A stretch of 44,757 nt of DNA, counting the filler, from Jimgerdemannia flammicorona (Eukaryota), in the NCBI GenBank assembly GCA_003990765.1. It is 2 parts of 2 records of this genome, joined end to end, with 100 filler letters (N's around TTAATTAATTAA, not from the genome) between each part and the next. Parts side by side here need not be neighbours in the genome. Positions count along the whole stretch, not along the records: positions 22,430 to 44,757 come from RBNJ01001297.1; 1 more part is not named here. One strand, written 5' to 3'. A program made the translations under genes and the position numbers. Shown one piece after another: positions 23,630 to 35,300 of this stretch. Every line of letters starts with the position of its first letter. The stretch's first letter is position 1. Under the pieces are notes generated by a model, which made no database searches, was not told the DNA's origin, and saw only the letters and a program-made list of their open reading frames with translations.

Positions 23630-24918
23630 CCACCTTCCTCCTCACTCCACAATCCACTCCATCTCTCCTTCAGCGCTCCAAGAATGTCCTGTACACTATG
23701 CACCAGTACACCATCAGAGTCCAAGACCCCTTCCCACCGTTGCTGGACCTGCCTCGCCCTAAGGGCCCTTGAAAGAAGCTTGGAAGGCCTCTCTCCTTCC
23801 TCCAAATCCTGCCAACGAAGCCGTGCTGCCAAGCTTTGTACCCTTGCCTCTTCTTCCTCCCGCAGCACCTGTTGAAGTTCCCCAACCTCCATATTCGCCC
23901 TCAGTAATCTCCAATCTTCTTCTCCCTCCAACATTGTCAGCCATGCCCACTCCTCCAGGAGCCTCATCAATCGAGCAGAGGCCCAGTGCACCTTTTGTTT
24001 TTGCTGCTTCCCTGCCTCCTTGCCAGCCTTCTTCCAGTAAATTCTGGCCATTTCCTTCATCCTTATCCACCGAGTCCCAACTGCAGCCCCTTCCTGCCTC
24101 CAGGTCTCCACCCTCAGCTGAATGTCTTTAGCCCACTCATCCCACCGGGTCTTGTCATCTAACAAAGAGAAATTGAGGTGCCAATGTCCAGGCCCATCCC
24201 CACTTCCCCCAAAGCACTCCTGTCCCAAAAGCCCCCAGTGATCCGACCATGGACACCATTCAACCTCCAATAATTTCCAGACATCTAGTCCCCAGCAGCA
24301 AGCCATCAAAATCCAATCAATTCTAGTCCCCAGACCCCCTGCCCAATGTGTATAGACCCTCCTACTCCCCCAGCACTCCCTTCCAGCATCCAATAGTGCA
24401 CTCAGCCTCTCGACTTCCTCCCATGCCACCAGCCCTCCACTCCTGCCCTCAGCTCCACGTCCTCCATCTGATCTATCCATCAGTATATCCCTAACCATAT
24501 TGAAATCTCCCCCTAGCACATCCACCCCGGCCTCCACAAGTAATCCACTCTCCTATAGTCCCTTCACCCAATCGACCCTCTCACCCCGTACTATAGGGCA
24601 GTAGCAAGAACCAACCATAACTGGTTCTCAGCCTACCCGAATCCACTCTCCCCAGATCAGTCTCTCCCCCTAGCACTGCACATTCTGTATCTCCCCTCTG
24701 CCTCTCCTAACCAAAATCCCAACCTTGCCCCTCCAGATCACTGCACCTCCCCATTCCTTCGTCCATTCTAACCTATCAGAGTCATCTTCGCACCGGACAT
24801 CCTGCAAGAGGAAGAGATTGGCCTCCAATCCCTTCATCCAAGTAAAAATGTTCCTACGTCGAGAAGCGCCCCGTAACCCATTCACATTCAAAGAGAAAAT
24901 GTTTGTTGTACTGTTCAT
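23630..24918 (-). pseudogene. LINE-B ORF2 endonuclease plus linker, truncated before RT
   Basis: APE-endonuclease motifs as listed for LINE-B; a few TAG stops. Confidence 0.85.
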
Positions 24919-24951
24919 ATTGATGATATATGTGATGTCGTCAATCTGCCT

Positions 24952-26977
24952 CTACTGCTCCATGCTCATCTTCTCCTGTGCTCTGTCCAAATTATGTTCT
25001 GCAGCCACCTCCTCCTCTTCAGCCCTCTGAGCCTCCAATCCAGCCAGTAGTTCATTCATCTTGCCATCGGCCTTCTCCTCAAACTCCTCTTGGTATTCGA
25101 TGCATGCTTCCTGCCAGAGCTGTAGTCCATGTCGCTTGTTCCAGCAGTATTCAGCCCTTTCTCCAGCAACAACTGCCATCTCCTCCTCCCTCTCCTTATC
25201 CACCTCATATCCTTCCTCCTCCAGGTACACCGCAAGAATTTCCGCCTTCAATGCCTTCATCACGCCATCCCTCTGTAGTATTCCTGCCCAGTGCTCATCA
25301 CTCATCACTCACAAGTCCACTTCCCCCAACTCTTCCGCTGCCAGGATATTCATCATCTGGCACATCCAAAGCAAGTTCCCCACCTCTTTCCCCCCCGGAG
25401 TCGCCGGCCTCCCTCCATCCAACATTGTGGTGTCAGCTCCAGTACTTGCAGACTCATCCCATACTTCCGGGACATCCACCAGTTCCTCCTCGCCATCCGC
25501 CTCCACCTGTCCCCCATACGCCACCTCTGGAACTCCGAATTGCACCCGCTGGGCCCCTCGCATTGGTACATCTTCCACCACCCTATTCCAGGAAGCCGGG
25601 CCATGCCTGATGAGAGGGGTAGGGGTAGGGGAACCCACCCAGTCCTCCTCCCACACCTCCAGTGTACCATCCACATACAGGTCCTTCCCCACCTTCTTCT
25701 TGTCCTCCCCCACCTCCTTCTTGTCCATCCCCTCCCCCTCACCAGCCCAGACACTCGCTCCAGCTCCCCCTGTGCCCTTCACCTTGCTCGCCTCCCCCAG
25801 TGGTCCACTATCCAGCTTGGCCAACAACTCCTTCTGCCTCTTACACCTCTGAGCCCTTTCCCACTGCTCCTTGGTCACCTGAATCCACTTTCCATCCATT
25901 ACCTCCAAGTGTGTTGTCTCTTCAAAAGCCTCCCAAGCCTTCGCTCGCCTCTCCACAGCCCCCCCAAGCTCTTCGAGTGCTTCCAGTAAATCCTCCTCCT
26001 CTTCCTCACTCCCCTTCACCCTTATCACCTTACACAGGATCACTCCCCAGACCATCACTGAAGGCCAATCCCTTGCCTTCCCAGTGGCTTCCTTCCCAGC
26101 CAGCTGAATCCTCACATCTACGTCACCAGTCCTGAGCAAGGTCCCCTCCCAGACCCTGAACCCGATATTGACCACCTCACCATATTCTGCCATAAAATCC
26201 TCAACCCTCTTCCTTGTCTCCATTGCTGTCACCATTGGCACTCCCTTCACCAGCAGTTGGACCACCCTGGGGTCCCACTTCAAGCACCACGTCATAGGAA
26301 CACATACCTCCCCAACCACCAATCCAACCTTCAGCGCCTCCTCCAGTGGTGCCGCCTCCTCAAAGCCCACCTCCACTCCTTTCAGTCCCTTCAAAAACTT
26401 CACAGATGCTGCACCTGCCACCTGCTTAGCGATGAGCCCTAGCACCATTTTTGCCATCACCGCCAGGCCCCGGAAGCATAGTGTGACTGTGAATGCCGAA
26501 ATCGATTTCTTGAGTAACGGAGCCACCGCCAGACCCATTACACTATCTGCCAAGTCTCTTTGCCTTCTAAGCCTCAGCTGCTCAGCCTCGCCATCAGCCG
26601 TCACATCTGGATTTTTTTCCAGATCAACAGTCCCAACACCATCAGCAGTCACACCCCCCCCCAGCCACTACTCCCTCAGCTCCACTGCCCCCCCTTCCAA
26701 GGGCCGCACCCCCCGGCACCGTCTCCTTCCTGGTCCCCTTGCCCTTCTTCAGCCAGCCCTCCAGCCCCGATGCCTGCTGCCTCCCCTTCACCATCTCCGC
26801 AAAGCTTGCCCTCCTAGATCCTGATCCTCCACCATCTCCTCCACCCCTTCCACGTCCACCCGCCAGCAGGCCCCTCATACCTCCCCCCAGGCCTGGCCCC
26901 CTCCCCACCTGCTGCCAGTCGAAAGTACTAGGGCTGCTCTGCCCAGTACGCACCTCAGGTTGTCTGTCGGTTGCTAT
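24952..26977 (-). pseudogene. LINE-B ORF1 (putative nucleic-acid-binding protein)
   Basis: ORF pieces 26642-26953, 25309-26652 and 24952-25308. RG-rich N-terminus, SFAEMVK motif, RRM-like strands and an acidic coiled-coil end. Confidence 0.7.
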
Positions 26978-27059
26978 GTTGTTAGTCTCTTTTTGCTGAA
27001 AACATTGTTGAAAGTGCCTTCCAAAGGTTGTATAACCTGAATGGTACTGGAAAGAGGCG

Positions 27060-27218
27060 TATGTTCCTCAGGATGCTTGTACTGTAGTCACAATGACTCA
27101 CAGTTGGTCATCATTACTTATCTCATATGCTGTATAATCTTTCTGTGCTCCGATCTGGTGGTTTGCAAGGAAAGACTGTCTCCTGTGCTGATGTCATCAT
27201 TCTGAGATCACTATTACA
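27060..27218 (-). repeat. First 159 bp of the 3' LTR of copy 2 (rest displaced by LINE-B and the gap)
   Basis: Matches ~20220-20378 and ~38866-39024; directly follows the polypurine tract. Confidence 0.9.
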
Positions 27219-27514
27219 TCTTCCTCCTGAATAAGGATCTTCTCAAGTATTCTTATTCATTAGTCTAGTCCTGAAAAATTTACTGATCCCATAACCTCTG
27301 GTAAGGGGTCGAAAAGTGGTATTTATGGGCTGGCATTTTCCTTTTGTATTTTGGCATAATGGTGAAGGGTCGCTCCCTTCATATAAAGCAAGGGCCTGAT
27401 TCTGATCTTGACCAATCAGTTGATGGTTCAAACTCTTCTGGCTTCAAAAGTCTCATGGATGAGTAGTTGTCAGTGCTGTATCCTTTAGAGAATGGTCCAG
27501 ACAGATAGCCTGCT

Positions 27515-27847
27515 TAGTGCTCCCAATGAATCAAATCAAATCAAATTAAAGGTCCAATTCGATTTGAAGTTCGATTCAAACCTTAATTTTCAAAATGTAA
27601 TAACTCGATGAAAACTCATCTAAATTTAATGTATTTTAGCTTGTTAGATTCACCATATTAATGTAATTCTAACAAGCTAAAATATGTTAGATTTGGATGA
27701 GTTTACACTGAGTTATTGCATTTTGAAAATTAGGGTTCAAATCAGATCCTCAATTTGATTCAACTTTTGATTCGATTGAATTGATTTGAATTAAAAAATC
27801 CCCAATTCAATTTGATTCAAATTGATTCGACTCATTTGGGAGCACTA
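27515..27847. mobile_element. hAT-type MITE, family 2 (333 bp, near-palindromic)
   Basis: TIR TAGTGCTCCC...GGGAGCACTA and 8-bp TSD agcctgct/agtctgct. Interior differs from family 1. Confidence 0.9.
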
Positions 27848-28294
27848 AGTCTGCTGGTCATGGAACATGCTGTTATAATTCGCAGACTAGAACCTTGTGA
27901 GCAGTTATCATATTTTGCTTCTCTAGTATAGATTCATAGTACTTCTTGAGTCTGTTCTTATGTACCGTAGTAGACAGTATGGTCCCTGAGATTTTTCTAA
28001 GCCAGAAGGTAGTTTTCTTGATATCTTGCACATAGAAGAGTCCTTCCCATTTGGGCTCTAGTTTTCACAACTATGAGGCTTCTACTATATTTCAATATAG
28101 TAGAATCTTTTCTCTAATTTGGATGGGTTCTAGGGCCTTGTGATTCTTTTCCACATTATTCCTTGTCAGCGCTTGTGGCTTGATGATGTAATCTTCAACC
28201 TTCTTTCTGATTTGGTGTAGTCTCCAGATTTCTGCATTAATCTATCTCTAAGTTAGGTCTAGATTTGTAGCTGAGGTTCCATCAGAATCTTCTT

Positions 28295-30547
28295 TTTTTT
28301 TTTTTTTTTTTTTTTATAGTCACTTGGACTCCATCTTTATTACCAGTCTATGAATAAGTATACAATACCACCACCCACTATCCGATCCCCATAGGGGGGC
28401 CCCTCCCCACCTCTTTACATATAAAGACCACTCTCTCACCAACTACTCCAACTCTCCTACTACTTTGACCACAGATTTTCACCACTAAGCAGTACCTCCA
28501 ACCCCCCTACAGCCTCTAACCAAGCCACCAGCCTGTCAAGGTGTCCTCCACAAGGCACTGCCACTGTGATAACTGGTTCCCCAAGCTCTGTCACCTCTCC
28601 TCCTCAAATACAAATAGCCAGTGACTGGCCAGCCCAACCCAAATAGCCAATGCCCAGCCTAAGGTAATCCACTCCACCCCTATCCCTCCTATCAATTGAT
28701 CCCTCAGGTCCTCCCACCTCTCTCATACATCATCTCCCCTATGCCTCACCCCCAAGCGGTCCCCAATGGCCTACCAAAAGTCTCCCAACACCTCACACTC
28801 TCCTAGCCAATGTTCTGGCATCTGTACAAATCCCCCTTCCTACCCTACATTATGGCACTCCTCGCAGTCAAAGCAGCCCCCTATGACAAGGTGTCCTGAG
28901 CAGAAGTTAAGTATCACATTCCTCCTCAGTACACACTACCAGACCACCCAGTACTTTGGCAGCATCCATTTTTTTACTATAGTGCTCCAGGTCCAAACTC
29001 CATACCAGTCCCACTCCTCTCCAATTCCAACTCCTTGCCAACCACTAGGTCACAGATCCTGGCCTAGTCCCCTTTGGTATTCCACTCCATCACCAATGTT
29101 GAACTTAGGTAAAGGTATACTGCCCAGTAGAATACCATCTCATCTCCACATCGCTGGGTCCCAAGCCCTCTCCCCCTTATTCCCTTGCCAGCAAATACTA
29201 ATGCAGTGCACTCTCTCTGCTATCCCCTACCAGAAGCCTCTATATCACAATTGTGCAGTGTTCCGAAGCCCAACTAATGAAAGAAGATCACTAGTCGAGC
29301 CTCTTGGTGATGACCGCCTCTCCCAGACCTTCTGCAGCAGGGGAACCCAACCCCCTCCATACAACTCCACTGCCCTCTTCATGCCCTCAAGCAGTATAGT
29401 CATTTGGGGAAGTCCACCAGCCTAAGACCACCTCTCGCCACCAGTAGGGACAAAGTCTCCCAATCAATCTGACTCCGTCTGCCAGCCCAAATCCATCCCT
29501 TGGCCACCTTCACCAATCTCTTCACCACCCAGGCTGGGAAGTCTAGATGATAAGTCAAATACTACAGCTTCAGTAGCCAGTATACATTCAAAATCGAGAT
29601 CCTTCCTACTAGAGAGAAGTGTCTTCCCCCCCAACCCCACAGGTCCTCCTCCCAAATTCCAACCCTCTGTTCCCACCACAGCCTGGGCAGAACAGACCCA
29701 TAGACTGACAAATAGATGCCCAAGTACTGCACTATCTCTCCGGTAGGAATAATTGTTCCAATAACCTCTCCTCCCACTAGACTGTTACCCAGCACCATTG
29801 TTTTGTACTTGTGCCAATTCAGCTTCACCCCAGAGTACTCCTCATACTACTCCACTGTCTTCTTGAGCTCCTCAACATCAGCAATCACTCCCAAACCAAC
29901 CACCATATCATCTGCAAAGGCTCCAACTTTCCAGCCAACTCCATAGATAGAGAGTCTCACTATCCTCTACTGAATTCTGTCCATTAGAGATTCCAAGGAA
30001 AGAGTATACAAAATGGGGGACAGTGGGTCCCCCTGGGGCACCCCCCTACCCAGAGGGAATGCTACCCCTCTATGCCTATTATACATGAACACAGCCCTAC
30101 TTCCTTCCAGTAGGCTGATCATCGCTGACCGAAATGGAACTGGAACCCCAATTCTATCTAATACTTTCGCCAGCCAGACTCGCCACACCTAGTCATAAGC
30201 CTTCTCCTGGTCCAAGAAGACAAGACACCCATCCAGCCCACAGGCTCTAGCACCTTCAATAACTCCATGTACCCAGGCTGTGCTATCTCTAATAAGCCAA
30301 CCCCCTACGAAGCCCCTCTGCTCAATACCTATAATTTGCTGGGCTACCTTCTGTAGCCTTGCAACCACCACCTTAGTCACCAACTTTCTGTCCATGTCTA
30401 GCAATATTATCAGCTGCCAATTCTTCCAATCCTCTCGCCTTCCTTTGTTCTTATAAAGCAGCATCACCAGCCCAAGATCCTGCTCCCCCACCCATCTCCC
30501 TGACTACAATATAAAGTTACATAGTGCTGTCAACTCTCTCAACATCT
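28295..30547 (-). mobile_element. 5'-truncated LINE-A (RT and C-terminus) with poly(A) tail and 14-bp TSD
   Basis: RT motifs LDQEKAYD, RGVPQGDPLSPILY, AFADD and QYLGI. TSD atcagaatcttctt at 28281-28294 and 30548-30561. The host integrase frame rejoins across it. Confidence 0.95.
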
Positions 30548-31561
30548 ATCAGAATCTTCTTCTCCAAAGAGCAGCTCCCTTGGGGTAAAGTGTATACTCT
30601 GTGACCATATGTCTTATAGGACAGAGAGGGCAGTTGGGAGATAGTTATCCCAATTCTCATATGTCTCTGAGATCTTCGCTAGGATGTTCTTAAGGGTCTT
30701 ATTGGTTCTCTCTATCTGTCCATTTCCTTGAGGGTGGTACACAGTGGTCTTGATGTGCTGGATCTTATATTTCTGATACATTATCTCATAGAATTCATTG
30801 ATAAATTCCATGTCACAGTCTGTTGTGATTTGCTTTGGTGTCTTATAGTGGTAGATGATTTCTTAGTACAGGAAGTTAGCTATAGAGAGGGCATTGGCTT
30901 CTTGTAATACTCCTGTCTCTATCCATTTGGTGAAGAGGTCTATAATAACTATAATATAGCAGTTTCCTGATAGTGTTACTAGTAGTAGCCCAATGATATC
31001 TATTGTGATGTGGTGAAAGAGGATAGGCTCAATTCTTAATGATCTGGGTATCTGGTCTTATTGATCTTGTTTTTGTTTTTGGCACTTGTCACACTCTTTG
31101 ACAAATTGGTACAGGTCTTTTTCCATCTTGGACCACCACATGGTTCTTCTTGCCTTGTTGTATATATTGATTCTTCTTAGGTATCCTTGCTCATATACTT
31201 CCTTCATTACTTGATACTTCTTGTATTTGGGTATTACTAGCTTTTCTCCTTTTCTGAGTATAGTATTGTCTAGTTCAAACTGTTTCCAAGTCCAGTTGAT
31301 AATGGTAATTGTCCAGAGTTTGAGATAGTTGGGTATCTTCTGCTGCCCAAGGTAGCTGATTAATCTATAGTATAGCTCCTTATTCATGGTGAATGGTCTT
31401 ATTGAGAGTATTTCAGGGTGTCCTTAAGAGTGCATCAGTATTGGTATTAGTTCTTCCTGAGCAGTGCTTGATAGTACAGTCATACTCTTGCAGCCTATAG
31501 ATCTATCTGGCATATATTCCTTTGGGGTTCAGAGTGTGGAATAGCCAGACAAGAGCAGAAT

Positions 31562-32930
31562 AACAGACTGCCCCTTTCTCCACTACTTTACAGGTCACAA
31601 TGATTTGGTAGGCCATGGGCAATATGGGCAACACAGGCAATATAGACAATACAGACAATATGGGTAAGATAGGTAAGATGGACAAGATGGTAAGATGGCA
31701 AGATAGGCAACATGGGCAAGATGGGTAGATGGCAAGACAGGTGATATGGGCAAAATAGGTAATATAGGCAATACAGGCAATATAGGCAATATGGGCAATA
31801 CAGACAACATGGGCAACATGGGCAGGCAAGATGGGCAAGACAGGCAAGATAGGCAAGACAGGCAAGATGCAAGACAGGTGATATAGGCAAGATGGGTAAG
31901 ATGGACAAGATAGGCAAGATAGGTAAGATGGGCAAGATGAGCAAGATAAGCAAGACAGGCAAGATGGGTAAGATAGATAAGATGGGTAAGATAACAAGAT
32001 GGCAAGATGGGCAACATGGGCAAAATGGACAGATGGCAAGACAGGTGATATAGGCAAGATAGGCAAAATGGGCAAAACAGATAAAACAGGCAAAACAGAC
32101 AACATGGACAACATAGGCAATACAGGTGGGCAATACAGGCAACACAGGCAATATGGGCAACATGGGTGGGCAACACAGGCAACATAGGTAATATGAGCGG
32201 GCAATACAGACAATATGGGCAACATGGGCAACATGGGCAATATGGGCAATATGGGTAATATGGGCAATATGGGCAGGCAAGATGGAAGACAGGCAAGATG
32301 GCAAGATGGGCAACATTGGCAAGACAGACAGACAGTAAGACAGGTGACATAGGCAAGATGAGCAAAACAGGCAAAACAGGAAAAATGGGCAATACAGGCA
32401 ATATGGGCAACATGGGCAATACAGACAATATGGGCAATATGGGCAGGCAAGATAGGTAAGATGGGCAAGATGGGTAAGATGGGCAAGATGGGCAATACAG
32501 ACAAGATGGGCAAGACAGATAATATGGACAATACAAGCAATATGGGTGGGCAACATAGGTAACACAGGTAACATGGGCAATATGGGCAGACAAGATAGGC
32601 AAGATGGGCAAGATAGGCAAAATAGGCAAGACAGCAAGATAGCAATATGGGCAATATGGGCAGGCAAGATGGGCTAGATGGGCAAGACAGGAGACACTAA
32701 TAGGGGTAGGTCAAGTATACTAGATGCCAAGTACTTGAGGTGGTTGGGGCTTACAACCTATACCCACTGAGTGGGATAGGCTGGGTAAGAGGATCTAGTT
32801 ACTTAGGCAGTAAGGTCACAACTCACACCCTAAAGATGCAAGGCTGGGAGTAGGTTGAGATTAGGGTAGAATGAGACTACTGATGTTATATGAGGATATG
32901 TGGCATGTTATAGATAGTTAATAAATGAGG
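31562..32930. mobile_element. Non-coding TSD-flanked cassette (45-bp module + 9-bp minisatellite + structured tail) in the RNase H of copy 2
   Basis: TSD caagagcagaat at 31550-31561 and 32931-32942. RNase H reads TDHSAL/VWLF across it. Confidence 0.8.
31615..32689. repeat. ~1.07-kb minisatellite, 9-bp unit A(T/C)(G/A)GGCAA(G/T/C)
   Basis: Units atgggcaag, acaggcaat and ataggcaag fit decay of ACGGGCAAN. Confidence 0.95.
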
Positions 32931-33019
32931 CAAGAGCAGAATGGTCTGTTTAAATGGTAAAGTGTTTTCTGGCTAGATAGTAGTGGAACTTATCTACTGT
33001 CCAAACTACTGCTAAGCAT

Positions 33020-33622
33020 TAGTGCTCCTAACGAGTCAATTTAATCCGGATTGATTTGGATTGAATCCCATCCGAATCAACTTGGATGGGATTCGAATCC
33101 CATCCAGATCAACTCGGATGGGATTCGAATCAACCATTGTTTTGATTTCCAAATTAGATAATTAAATGTTTACATCAATAACTCAATGAATAATCATCAA
33201 AATTTGATGATCTTGGTGTCATTTGAAAGCCCCTAATAAGGCCTATCTAATGATACCAAGAACATTGAAATCCGATCATGCGTTGCTGAGTTATGAAGGA
33301 AACTGTCTGAATTGCCGATTTTGGAAATTCTTCGATTTGCCAATTTTGAAAATTTCGTCAAATAGAACGTTTTCCTTAATATCTCGGCAACGTGTAATCC
33401 GATTTTAATGTTCTTGATATCATTAGAAAGGCCTTATTAAGGGCTTTCAAATGATACCAAGATCATCAAATTTGGATGATTATTCATCGAGTTATTGATG
33501 TAAACATTTAATTGTCCAATTTGGAAATCAAAACAATGGTTGATTCGAATCCAATCCGAATCGATCCGGATGGGATTCGAATCCATCCGAATCCCATCCG
33601 GATTGACTCATTCAGAGCACTA
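33020..33622. mobile_element. hAT-type MITE, family 1 (603 bp, young)
   Basis: TIR TAGTGCTC...GAGCACTA, perfect 8-bp TSD ctaagcat, many CpGs retained. Confidence 0.92.
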
Positions 33623-34889
33623 CTAAGCATTCAAGCTTGCATGACTCATAGTTCTGTTCTACTCTACAGGTACCTCGGCTTGCATAGGAGATATCATATT
33701 CATGTCCATCTTTCTTCTGAGCTAGGACTACTCTAAGTTCTATAGCACTCACATCTGTCTGCATGATGAATTCTAGGTTCCAGTCTGGTCTTCTGAGGAT
33801 AGGTGCTTGAGTCAACCTGGTCTTGAGTTCATTGAAGGTTTCTTGGTGCTCCTTGGTCCATTCGAATTTGGTTTCCTTCAGTAGCTCATAGATAGGTACT
33901 GCAATGTTGGAGTATCCTTTGATGAACCTTCTGTAGTAGCTGGCCAGTCCAAGGAAGGCATGGACTTCTGTGGTTGTTCTGGGTCTTGGGTAGACTGCAA
34001 CAGTCTCAATCTTTATGGGGTCTGTGTGGATTCTGGTCTGATTGATAAGGTGTCTTAGATAGGTGATTTCCTGGGCTACAAACTTACATTTCTTGGACTT
34101 GATGTAGAGACCATACTCCTTGAGCTTCTTGAGGGCTATCTGTATATGATTGATATGTTCCCATATAGTATTATTAAAGATGATCATATCATCAATATAG
34201 ACAAAGAGCTATTTTCAAATCTCATTGCTGAAGACTCTGTTCATCATTCACTGGAAACTTGCTAGGACATTGCACATTCCAAATAGTATTCACAGGTAGA
34301 TATAGGTGGTGTCAGGTATGATGAAGGCTGATTTCTCACTGATATCTTGAGTGAGACCAATCTGATGGAAGCCTGAGAACAGATCCAAGGTGATGTAGTA
34401 TTTGCCTTCATTTCCAAAAGTGATAAGAATTTCTTGAATATTTGGTAAGGGCTGCCTATCCTTCTTGGTGATGGCATTGAGCTTCCTGTAGTCAATGCAG
34501 AGTCTTGGTGCAAACTCTCCAGGCTTGCTTCCTTTCTTCAGGGTAAGGATAATAGGTGAAGCCCAGGGTCTGATAGCTTGCTTGATGATTCTGACTTCTT
34601 CTATTTCCTTGAGTTCTGCTTGCAGCCATTCTCTGTAGGCAGATAGTATGGGTCTGGCTTTCTGGTAGATGGGCTTGGTATCATTAGTGTCAACTTTGTG
34701 GTAGTACTTGGGTTCTTGATTGTGGATATTCTGAAAGTCTGTAGCAAGTACTCCTTCATTCTGATGCAGGATCTTGAGAAGTTGTTTCTCTAGGAGAAAG
34801 TTTTCTCCAATAATATATATGTACCTGTTCTGGTCCTTGTCTTTCTTGTACTCAAGTTTGGTAATCTTGGTGGCAGTATAGGCTCCTCT

Positions 34890-35300
34890 TCCAGTAGATC
34901 CAAAGCCTTGTTCTCCTCTCTTAGTCTTGATGAGTTTGATGGCTTCTATGATCTTGGGCTTTTTGATTTCATAGACCAGCATCTGGCCAATTCTATTATG
35001 CTTCTTGACTTCAAATCGGGTAGTGGGGTTGTAATTTCTGACTATGAGGAAGATTTCACCAGTATAATCAGGGTTAATTACTCCTCCTTCAACTGAGATT
35101 TCACTTTTGGCCAGACTGCTCCTGGTCTTGATAATCCCAACATAGTTCTCTGGCAGCTTGACTCCAATTCTAGTGCCAAGTAGGGTAGTGGTCTGTAGTT
35201 TGAGGGTAGCATCTTGAATACTGGCAAGGTCCATTCCTATGGCTCCTTTAGTCTTGTATTCTGGGATCTTGGCTTTAGGGTGAAACTTCTTAACCTTGAG
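34890..35300 (-). pseudogene. dut: dUTPase domain in pol, copy 2
   Basis: GAIGMDL, RSSLA, GGVINPDYTGEI, NRIGQML and RGEQGFGSTG, in frame with RT (ORF 34290-35234). Confidence 0.92.

Larger units (their letters stand above)
22430..27059 (-). mobile_element. LINE-B: L1/Tx1-like element with ORF1 and APE endonuclease but no RT, inserted in the 3' LTR of dUTPase-gypsy copy 2
   Basis: ORF1 ~26977-24952 (one frameshift in a G run, one stop). ORF2 from 24918: NIFSLNVNGLR, LLQD, LGGDFN, TRIDWIL, WSDH, WHLNFSLL, EEGERPSK. LINE-like protein ends near 23630. T tract at 22430-22435. Confidence 0.85.

Noticed and set aside
24978..26999. Long Pro/Ser-rich plus-strand ORFs
   Set aside because: Antisense shadows of the G/A-rich LINE ORF1.
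31503..32667. Three long Cys/Leu/Pro-rich minus-strand ORFs that look metallothionein- or keratin-like
   Set aside because: All three frames are open because the 9-bp repeat unit lacks stops on that strand; this is a minisatellite artefact.
33040..33135. Repeated GGATGGGATTCGAATC units suggesting a CRISPR array or tRNA fragments
   Set aside because: Subterminal MITE repeats without unique spacers, in a eukaryotic context.
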